A stretch of DNA of 64,000 nt, from the NCBI GenBank assembly GCA_049322875.1, contig JBMOQM010000056.1, positions 5,997 through 69,996 on the forward strand, written 5' to 3'. Below, piece by piece: positions 37,996 to 45,920 of the stretch; position 1 is the stretch's first letter, and every line of letters starts with the position of its first letter. A model generated the notes under the pieces. It saw only the letters and a program-made list of their open reading frames with translations. It did no database searches and had not been told where the DNA came from. The translations under genes were made by a program, and so were the position numbers. The DNA comes from Pseudomonadota bacterium. Lineage in GTDB: Bacteria; Pseudomonadota; Gammaproteobacteria; Burkholderiales; Burkholderiaceae_C.

Positions 37996-39390
37996 ATGTT
38001 CAATAACCGAAACTACAACCGGACATTCTTCAACGCGCCGCAGTCGGTCACCTCCTTCGTTGCGGCCTTCCTGGAGCCGACGATCACCGTGGTGACCTTT
38101 CTGGTCGTCATGGCCTGGCATGGCGAGCCGGTGTTCCGCGCTTCCATGGCCCTGTGTCTGCTGGTGTTTGCGCTGACTTTCCCCGGCCGCAACCGCTTCT
38201 ACGACAACCGCCTGGAGGCGGCGGTGGACATCACCACCTCCTGGGTGTCCATGCTGGCCATCCTGTGGTTGTGCGGCTATGCCACCAACAGCCTGCATTT
38301 CTTCGATTCCGATGTGATGCTGACCTGGGGCGTGCTCACGCCCCTGCTGCAGTGGGCCGCCGTGCTGATCGGCAAATGGGTGCTGTCGCACCGTGCGGCG
38401 CAGCCGTTCGCACGCCGCCGCGCCATCGTGGTGGGCGCAGGGCCGCTGGGCGGCAAGGTGGCGCGTGCCCTGCAGGGCAACAGTGAGCGCGGCACCGAGT
38501 TCGTGGGCTACTTCGATGACCGCACCGACGGCCGTGTGCTGCCCGAGGCGGTCAGCATGCGCCTGGGGGGGCTGAGGGATGTCGCCAACTACGTCTACAC
38601 CCACGGCATCCACGAGGTCTACATCACGCTGCCGCTGGGATCGCAACCCCGCATCGTCGAACTGCTCGAGGCCGTGCAGGGCACGACCGCATCCCTCTAC
38701 TTCGTGCCGGATGTCTTCGGCATCAGCATCATCCAGGGGCGCCTGCAGGACATGAACGGCGTGCCGGTGGTGGGCATCTGCGAAACCCCGTTCACCGGCA
38801 CGAACGCGCTGGTCAAGCGGGTGTCCGACATCATCCTGGCCGCCATCATCCTGGTGATGATCTCGCCCATCCTGGCGGCGCTGGCCATCGGCGTGAAGCT
38901 CAGTTCACCCGGCCCGATCATCTTCAAGCAGCGCCGCAACGGGCTGGATGGCGAAGAGATCATGGTCTACAAGTTCCGCTCGATGCGGGTGATGGACAAC
39001 GGGGCCGTGGTCAAGCAGGCCACCAAGGGCGATCCGCGCATCACGCCTTTCGGCGCCTTCATCCGCAGGACCTCGCTGGACGAACTGCCGCAGTTCGTCA
39101 ACGTGCTGCAGGGCCGCATGAGCATCGTGGGGCCCCGTCCGCACGCCGTGGCCCACAACGAGGAATACCGCCGTCTGATCAAGGCCTACATGGTGCGCCA
39201 CAAGGTCAAGCCGGGCATCACTGGATGGGCCCAGGTTAACGGCTGCCGTGGGGAAACCGAGACCATCGAGAAGATGCAGGCTCGGGTTGAATACGACCTG
39301 GAGTACCTGCGCAACTGGACGTTGGCGCTGGACCTGCAGATCATCATCCGCACGGTGCGCTTGATGGTGTTTGATCGTAATGCTTACTGA
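37996..39390 (+). CDS. wcaJ: Undecaprenyl-phosphate glucose phosphotransferase
   Basis: Four N-terminal TM segments, IVVGAG, KRVSDI, GPIIFKQRRNG, YKFRSM, DPRIT, RRTSLDELPQF.NVL.G.MSIVGPRP, KPGITGWAQVNG. Confidence 0.92.
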   Translation: MFNNRNYNRTFFNAPQSVTSFVAAFLEPTITVVTFLVVMAWHGEPVFRASMALCLLVFALTFPGRNRFYDNRLEAAVDITTSWVSMLAILWLCGYATNSLHFFDSDVMLTWGVLTPLLQWAAVLIGKWVLSHRAAQPFARRRAIVVGAGPLGGKVARALQGNSERGTEFVGYFDDRTDGRVLPEAVSMRLGGLRDVANYVYTHGIHEVYITLPLGSQPRIVELLEAVQGTTASLYFVPDVFGISIIQGRLQDMNGVPVVGICETPFTGTNALVKRVSDIILAAIILVMISPILAALAIGVKLSSPGPIIFKQRRNGLDGEEIMVYKFRSMRVMDNGAVVKQATKGDPRITPFGAFIRRTSLDELPQFVNVLQGRMSIVGPRPHAVAHNEEYRRLIKAYMVRHKVKPGITGWAQVNGCRGETETIEKMQARVEYDLEYLRNWTLALDLQIIIRTVRLMVFDRNAY

Positions 39391-39406
39391 GATCAGGGGT
39401 TGAGCA

Positions 39407-40669
39407 ATGAAGATGATGTGTCAAAAAAATTTCTTCATGCCTGGTGCAGTGGCTGTGGCCTGTACATTGTTGGGTAGTGCGGCATGGGCTGATACCCCCC
39501 TCAGCTTGGTTGTCAGTGAGAATTTGACTTATGACAGCAACATCCTGCGGAACAATAGCAACAAGTACCGCGATGTGATCTCTGCCACAGGCGTGCAGTT
39601 GGGCTTCAATAAGCAATACGGACGTCAGACTTATCGGGCATCTGGTACGGCGGTGGCCACCCGGTACAAGAATTCGAATTTTTACGACAACGATGGCTAT
39701 AACTTGGTCCTGGGTTTTACGAGCCAAGTTGCGTCAAATTGGTTTTTGAATTTTGATCATAACAGCATCAGCCGATTGCAGAGCTTTCAAGATCAAGGGC
39801 TCAATCGATATAAAGAGCCCATCAAATCTCAGGATACTGGTCTTTTTGTTCAATATGGGCTTTATGGTAGGTGGTCGCTCAATGCCGACCTCGGTGTAAC
39901 CAAGATTGATTATGAGGTTTTGCGCGCCAACAACCGCTCTTCCAAGAGTGCCAAGCTGGGGGTGCGATACAGTCCCACTGATCTTCTTTATTTTGATTTT
40001 GGATATCGACGCTCAAACGCTCAGTTGCCAAACTACAGGTCTGCGCTCATTTCGGATGATGGGGAGAAGATCAAGCAACAAAGTTTGGATTTCTCGACGC
40101 GTTGGGTTGTGACTGGGTATAGTAATTTTGATGGTCGGGTGAGTTGGAATCAAGAGCGATATGCCGTGGATGAGCAGCGCGACTTCAATGGGTTGACGGG
40201 TCGTATTGGCTGGAATTACACCCCTTCCGGTAAAATTGCCTACACTGTGGCATTGGATAGGGATACCAATAATTCTGGCGGGACGACCACCATTGATGGT
40301 TTCTCTTTTGCTGATCAGACTTTTGTCTTGGGTTTTAATAGCCAGAGGCGAGTCAGCACCGGTTTGTTGCTGCGGGCAACATACACGGCCACCGCCAAGA
40401 TATCTCTGACTGCAAGTGGAAACTATCGGCGCATTGAAGAAGAGCGTCGCTCCGTGAGTCAAACCGTTGGTGGTGCTGGTGGCGGCTCTGTCAGTGGGGC
40501 TCAGTCAACGGGTACTTATACGGCTTTGAGTATTGGCGCTAATTATCAATTGTTTAGAAGCACCCGATTGGGTTGCAGTTTGGAGAAGTATGATCGGTCT
40601 GCATCGTTGTTCAGTCGTGATTTTAGTGGTGATAGCGTGAATTGCAATGCCGTTTTCACGCTTGATTGA
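39407..40669 (+). CDS. Outer-membrane beta-barrel of polysaccharide export (EpsL-like, PEP-CTERM/XrtB-type EPS loci)
   Basis: Signal peptide (..SAAWA), TYDSNILR start motif, amphipathic strands, location after wcaJ; markedly lower GC. Confidence 0.65.
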   Translation: MKMMCQKNFFMPGAVAVACTLLGSAAWADTPLSLVVSENLTYDSNILRNNSNKYRDVISATGVQLGFNKQYGRQTYRASGTAVATRYKNSNFYDNDGYNLVLGFTSQVASNWFLNFDHNSISRLQSFQDQGLNRYKEPIKSQDTGLFVQYGLYGRWSLNADLGVTKIDYEVLRANNRSSKSAKLGVRYSPTDLLYFDFGYRRSNAQLPNYRSALISDDGEKIKQQSLDFSTRWVVTGYSNFDGRVSWNQERYAVDEQRDFNGLTGRIGWNYTPSGKIAYTVALDRDTNNSGGTTTIDGFSFADQTFVLGFNSQRRVSTGLLLRATYTATAKISLTASGNYRRIEEERRSVSQTVGGAGGGSVSGAQSTGTYTALSIGANYQLFRSTRLGCSLEKYDRSASLFSRDFSGDSVNCNAVFTLD

Positions 40670-40693
40670 GAAGCTTCGAGGGTGATTTCAGCG

Positions 40694-41725
40694 ATGAAGT
40701 ATGTTTTGCTCACTGGTGCCACTGGTTACATAGGCTCGCACACATGGTTGGCTTTGCTGAAGGCTGGGTTCAACGTCATCGGCATTGACAATTTCGCCAA
40801 CAGTTCTGAGGTCGTTCTGGGGCGGTTGAGCGCGTTGTCAGGCGCCCCTCCCTTGTTTGTTCGTGGTGATGTGCGTGATCCAGCGGCATTGGATTCATGC
40901 TTTGCACTGGCCAGCCAGCATGGTGGAGTTATCACGGCAGTAGTCCACTTTGCTGCCCTCAAAGCAGTCGGCGAATCCGTCGAGAAGCCACTCGAGTACT
41001 TCAACAACAACATGGGTGGCCTGATCTCGGTGTGCCAGGCCATGGAGTGTCATGGCGCCGCGCACCTGGTGTTCAGTTCGTCCGCCACCGTCTACGGCCA
41101 GCCCAAGCAACTGCCCATCACAGAAAGCGCCGATCTGCAGGCCACCAACCCCTACGGCCAGACCAAGCTGATGGGTGAAGAACTCCTGCGCGAGCTGGAG
41201 CGCTGCAACCCAGCCTGGAAGATCGCCTACCTGCGCTACTTCAACCCGGTCGGTGCCCACCCCAGCGGTCAGATCGGTGAAGACCCCCGCGGCATCCCCA
41301 ACAACCTCATGCCCTATGTGGCCCAGGTGGCCGTGGGCAAGCGTGCCCATCTCAATGTCTTCGGCAACGACTACGACACGCCCGATGGCACTGGCGTGCG
41401 TGACTACATCCACGTGTGCGATCTGGCTGAAGGCCATGTGGCGGCACTGCGTTACCTGGATGAGCAGCAGCAATCGCTCACTGTCAATCTGGGCACGGGG
41501 CAAGGCTACAGCGTGGTCGAGGTGGCCAAGGCTTATGAACGTGCCAGTGGCAAAGCCATTTCCCTCGTTTATGCGCCCCGTCGCGCGGGCGATGTCGCTG
41601 CCTGCTATGCTGACCCGACACTCGCGCAAACCCTGATGGGCTGGATGGCCCAGCGAGGGCTGGACGACATGTGCGCCGACTCTTGGCGCTGGCAATCACT
41701 CAACCCGCAGGGTTTCGAGGGCTGA
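40694..41725 (+). CDS. galE: UDP-glucose 4-epimerase
   Basis: LTGATGYIGSH, HFAALKAVGES, FSSSATVYG, YGQTK, LRYFNPVGAH, GEDP.GIPNNL, RDYIHV.DLA. Alternative GTG start at 40682. Confidence 0.95.
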   Translation: MKYVLLTGATGYIGSHTWLALLKAGFNVIGIDNFANSSEVVLGRLSALSGAPPLFVRGDVRDPAALDSCFALASQHGGVITAVVHFAALKAVGESVEKPLEYFNNNMGGLISVCQAMECHGAAHLVFSSSATVYGQPKQLPITESADLQATNPYGQTKLMGEELLRELERCNPAWKIAYLRYFNPVGAHPSGQIGEDPRGIPNNLMPYVAQVAVGKRAHLNVFGNDYDTPDGTGVRDYIHVCDLAEGHVAALRYLDEQQQSLTVNLGTGQGYSVVEVAKAYERASGKAISLVYAPRRAGDVAACYADPTLAQTLMGWMAQRGLDDMCADSWRWQSLNPQGFEG

Positions 41726-41750
41726 GCGGCTCTCTTAAAGCATCACTGTC

Positions 41751-43208
41751 ATGGCGACCTTCGACGTTCTCCCCGTGATCATGGCTGGTGGCTCCGGCAC
41801 CCGCCTGTGGCCCCTGTCGCGCGCGCTGTATCCCAAGCAGTTCCTGGCGCTCAACGGTCCGCAGACGCTGTTCCAGCAAGCGCACCTTCGCCTGAAGGGG
41901 CTGGGCGCCGCAGACATCGCGGTGGCCACACCGTGCATCGTCGGCAACGAGGAACACCGCTTCCTGGTGCTTGATCAACTCCGCGAGGTCAAAGCCGATC
42001 CTTCCAGCCTGCTGCTCGAGCCCGTGGGCCGCAATACCGCGCCGGCGGTGGCACTGGCCGCCCTGCAGGCCACGGCCGATGGGAAGGATCCAATCCTGGT
42101 CGTGACGCCGGCTGATCAAACCGTGGTCGATGTGCCGGCCTACACCGCTGCGCTGCAGACCGCCGTCCGTGCGGCCGCCGGTGGCGACATCGTCATCCTG
42201 GGCATCACGCCTGATCGCCCTGAAACCGGCTTCGGCTATATCCATGCGGGCGATGCCGCGGCCGATGGCGCTCACCTCGTGCAGGCCTTCGTCGAAAAGC
42301 CCGACCGCCAGACGGCCGAAGGCTACCTGGCCAAGGGCGGCTACTACTGGAACAGCGGCATGTTCGTGATGCGTGCCTCGCGCTGGCTGGCGGCGCTGGC
42401 GCACTTTCGCCCGGACATCGCCCAGGCCACGGAGGCCTCCTTCAAGGCGCGCACCATCGACGCGGCTTTTGTCCGCCCTGACAAGGCCGCTTTCAGCGCC
42501 GTGCCTTCCGAATCTGTCGACTATGCCGTGATGGAGCAATGTCCCCGCCAGGCTCATGCCGGCTTCACGGTGCGCATGGTGCCGCTGGATGCGGGCTGGT
42601 CCGATCTGGGGGCCTGGGATGCCGTCTGGCAGGTCAGCCCGCAGGATGGCGCTGGCAATGCCAGCGAGGGCGACGCCCTGATCCACGACAGCCGCAGCAC
42701 CCTGGTGCACGCCACTTCGCGCCTGGTGGCCACCGTGGGCCTAGACAACGTGGTCGTGGTGGAAACGCCCGATGCCGTGCTGGTGGCTGATCGCAGCCGC
42801 AGCCAGGACGTCAAGAGCATCGTGACGGCCTTGAGCCAGCAGGATCGCCCTGAGGGCAGCCTGCACCGCCGCGTGCACCGCCCCTGGGGCTGGTACGACA
42901 GCATCGACCACGGCCCGCGCTTTCAGGTCAAGCGCATCATGGTCAAGCCCAAGGCCAAGCTCAGCCTGCAGATGCACCACCACCGCGCCGAGCACTGGAT
43001 CGTGGTCAGCGGCACGGCCGAGGTCACCTGCGGCGACAAAGTGATCATGCTGGGCGAGAACCAGTCCACCTACATCCCGCTGGGCTCCACGCACCGCCTG
43101 GCCAACCCCGGCACCATCCCGCTGGAGATCATCGAGGTGCAGTCCGGCAGCTACCTGGGTGAGGACGACATCGTCCGCTTCGAGGACAACTACGGGCGTT
43201 CGAGCTGA
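41751..43208 (+). CDS. manC: Mannose-1-phosphate guanylyltransferase / mannose-6-phosphate isomerase
   Basis: MAGGSGTRLWPLSR..YPKQF, EPVGRNTAPA, FVEKP, WNSGMF, WSDLGAW, C-terminal cupin RPWG..LSLQMHHHRAEHW. Confidence 0.95.
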   Translation: MATFDVLPVIMAGGSGTRLWPLSRALYPKQFLALNGPQTLFQQAHLRLKGLGAADIAVATPCIVGNEEHRFLVLDQLREVKADPSSLLLEPVGRNTAPAVALAALQATADGKDPILVVTPADQTVVDVPAYTAALQTAVRAAAGGDIVILGITPDRPETGFGYIHAGDAAADGAHLVQAFVEKPDRQTAEGYLAKGGYYWNSGMFVMRASRWLAALAHFRPDIAQATEASFKARTIDAAFVRPDKAAFSAVPSESVDYAVMEQCPRQAHAGFTVRMVPLDAGWSDLGAWDAVWQVSPQDGAGNASEGDALIHDSRSTLVHATSRLVATVGLDNVVVVETPDAVLVADRSRSQDVKSIVTALSQQDRPEGSLHRRVHRPWGWYDSIDHGPRFQVKRIMVKPKAKLSLQMHHHRAEHWIVVSGTAEVTCGDKVIMLGENQSTYIPLGSTHRLANPGTIPLEIIEVQSGSYLGEDDIVRFEDNYGRSS

Positions 43209-43219
43209 GCACTGTACGC

Positions 43220-43663
43220 ATGACGGTTGATCTGCCAGTGCATTTCCGGTGGCCCGTGCGGGTCTACTGGGAGGACACGGATGCCGGTGGCGTGGTGTTC
43301 TACGCCAACTACCTGAAGTTCTTCGAGCGTGCCCGCACCGAGTGGCTGCGCAGCCTGGGCCCGGCCCAGGAGGCCATGCGCAGCGCGGGGCAGGGCATGT
43401 TCGTGGTCAGCGAGACCCGCATGCGCTATCTTCGTCCGGCGCGCCTGGATGACGAACTGACCGTCACCGTGCGCCTGACCGACACCGGGCGCGCCAGCCT
43501 GGCCGTGGCCCAGCAATGCTGGCGCGGCGAGCAATTGCTGGTCGAAGGCGAGATCCGCATCGGCTGGGTCGTGCCGCAGTCGGACGGGCTGCTCAAACCC
43601 GCGCGCATGCCGGCCGAGGTGCTGGCCGCGCTGCCCGTTTACACGGATACCGCACAATCCTGA
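43220..43663 (+). CDS. ybgC: Tol-pal-associated acyl-CoA thioesterase
   Basis: RVYWEDTDAGGVVFYANYLKFFERARTEWLR. Confidence 0.93.
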   Translation: MTVDLPVHFRWPVRVYWEDTDAGGVVFYANYLKFFERARTEWLRSLGPAQEAMRSAGQGMFVVSETRMRYLRPARLDDELTVTVRLTDTGRASLAVAQQCWRGEQLLVEGEIRIGWVVPQSDGLLKPARMPAEVLAALPVYTDTAQS

Positions 43664-43725
43664 TCATCCGTGGTCATTTCGGCTCTGTGCCAAGATGACG
43701 CCCTTGCATCCGGAGGCATTTCTAC

Positions 43726-44448
43726 ATGAACCAAGACCTGTCCATCCTCGAGCTGGTGCTCAACGCCAGCCTGGTGGTCAAGATCGTGATGGTGCTGCTG
43801 CTGAGCGTGTCGCTCGTGAGCTGGACCATCATCTTCACCAAGGTGATCTGCCTGCGCCGCGTCAAGGCCGACAACGACGAGTTCGACCGCGAGTTCTGGG
43901 CTGGCCGCACGCTGCAGGAGCTCTACCAGGACGCCAGCCGTGGCGATGGCCCGGTCGCGCCCCAGGAGCGCATGTTCGCCGCGGGCATGCGCGAGTTCCT
44001 CAAGCTGCGCGAGAAGAAGGTGCAGGATGTGCCGGCATTGCTCGATGGTGCCCGCCGCGCGATGCGCGCCAGCTACCAGCGTGAGATGGACCTGCTCGAA
44101 TCACGCCTGGAGTTCCTGGGCTCGGTCGGATCCGTGTCGCCCTATGTGGGCCTGTTCGGCACGATCTGGGGGATCATGCATGCCTTCACCGGCCTGTCCA
44201 ACCTGCAGCAGGTGACGCTGGCCACGGTGGCCCCCGGCATCGCCGAAGCCCTGGTGGCCACGGCCATCGGCCTGTTCGCCGCCATCCCGGCCGTGCTGGC
44301 CTACAACCGCTTCGCCCGCGACATCGACCGCATCGCCACGCAGCTGGAGTCCTTCATGGAAGAGTTCTCCAACATCCTGGCGCGCAATGCGATGCTGACG
44401 GCGCCGGCCCCGGCGGCCGATGTGGGCCGCGCCTCCACCTTCCGCTGA
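43726..44448 (+). CDS. tolQ: TolQ
   Basis: LGSVGSVSPYVGLFGTIWGIM..F, VAPGIAEALVATAIGLFAAIPAV..YN. Confidence 0.95.
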   Translation: MNQDLSILELVLNASLVVKIVMVLLLSVSLVSWTIIFTKVICLRRVKADNDEFDREFWAGRTLQELYQDASRGDGPVAPQERMFAAGMREFLKLREKKVQDVPALLDGARRAMRASYQREMDLLESRLEFLGSVGSVSPYVGLFGTIWGIMHAFTGLSNLQQVTLATVAPGIAEALVATAIGLFAAIPAVLAYNRFARDIDRIATQLESFMEEFSNILARNAMLTAPAPAADVGRASTFR

Positions 44449-44469
44449 GCGACGCACGAAAGGCAAGCC

Positions 44470-44907
<438 letters not shown>

Positions 44908-44910
44908 CGG

Positions 44911-45789
44911 GTGGCCATTGGTGTGATCGATCCCTCCGGACCGGTGCTGCGCCCGCGCGGCACGGAAGACTGGCGCCCGGGCCTGGCGATGGCCCTGGCC
45001 GCCCACGGCCTGCTGCTGCTGGCGCTGCTGTTCAGCGTGAACTGGCGCACCACGCAGACCGAGGCGGTCGAAGCCGAGATGTGGTCCGAGATCCCGAGGG
45101 CGGCCGTTCGCGCGGCCCCGCCGCCAGAGCCCGCACCCGAACCTGCGCCGGAACCGGCCCCCCCGCCACCGCCGCCTCCCGCTCCGGCCCCCGAGCCCGC
45201 ACCGCCGCCTGAGCCTATTCCTGCCGAGGTGCAGGTACGCAAGGAGCCGCCCAAGCCGGCCAAGACCAAGCCACCGAGGGAGGTGTTCGACTCCACGCCG
45301 CCGAAACCGGTCAAGAAACCTGAGCCGAAACTCGAGCCCAAGCCGGAACCCAAACCCGCGCCCAAGCCGGCACCGGCCGAGCCCAAGCCCGCGGCCAAAC
45401 CGACACCCGCCCCGCCCCCGGGTGCCACCGCGGCTGAACGCGAGAAGGCGCGCAAGGACGCCCTGGCACGCATGATGGCCGATCTGGGCGGCCCCGCACT
45501 CAGTTCGGCCGGGCCCAGTGGCGGCAACTACGCCGGGCGGATCATTGCCCGCGTCAAGCCCAACATCCTCTTCACGGACACCGTGTCCGGCAACCCCGTG
45601 GCCGAGGTCGAGGTACGCGCCGCCGCCGACGGGCGGATCATCGGCCGCAAGTTGATCAAGTCCAGCGGCTTGCCCGCCTGGGACGACGCCGTGCTGCGGG
45701 CCATCGACAAGACCGAGGTGCTGCCCGCCGATGAGCGCGGCAAGGTGCCGTCGTCGATCCAGATCGAGTTCAAATACCGCGATCTCTGA
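44911..45789 (+). CDS. tolA: TolA (Pro/Glu/Lys-rich linker + TonB-like C domain)
   Basis: GGAGG RBS + GTG; ALAAHG TM motif; PE/PK repeats; SSGLPAWDDAVLRAI. Confidence 0.88.
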   Translation: MAIGVIDPSGPVLRPRGTEDWRPGLAMALAAHGLLLLALLFSVNWRTTQTEAVEAEMWSEIPRAAVRAAPPPEPAPEPAPEPAPPPPPPPAPAPEPAPPPEPIPAEVQVRKEPPKPAKTKPPREVFDSTPPKPVKKPEPKLEPKPEPKPAPKPAPAEPKPAAKPTPAPPPGATAAEREKARKDALARMMADLGGPALSSAGPSGGNYAGRIIARVKPNILFTDTVSGNPVAEVEVRAAADGRIIGRKLIKSSGLPAWDDAVLRAIDKTEVLPADERGKVPSSIQIEFKYRDL

Positions 45790-45920
45790 GCCGCCAGCAG
45801 GGCTTCAAGGGCGATAAGCGCGTGATAAGTCACGTATTTGGCAGCATTCCCTCGCCATTGTTTTCATAGCATGGCATCTGTGAATGCGAGGCTTGCGCAG
45901 GCCTTGCCTGAAGGAGATCC

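Noticed and set aside
45120-45425. Short GC-rich repeats (CCCGAGCCC / CCGGCCCC)
   Set aside because: They encode the Pro-Glu/Pro-Lys linker of TolA; not a CRISPR or DNA-level repeat.
45872-45888. TGGCATCTGTGAATGC as a sigma54 promoter for the ATPase
   Set aside because: GG-to-GC spacing is 11, not the required 10.
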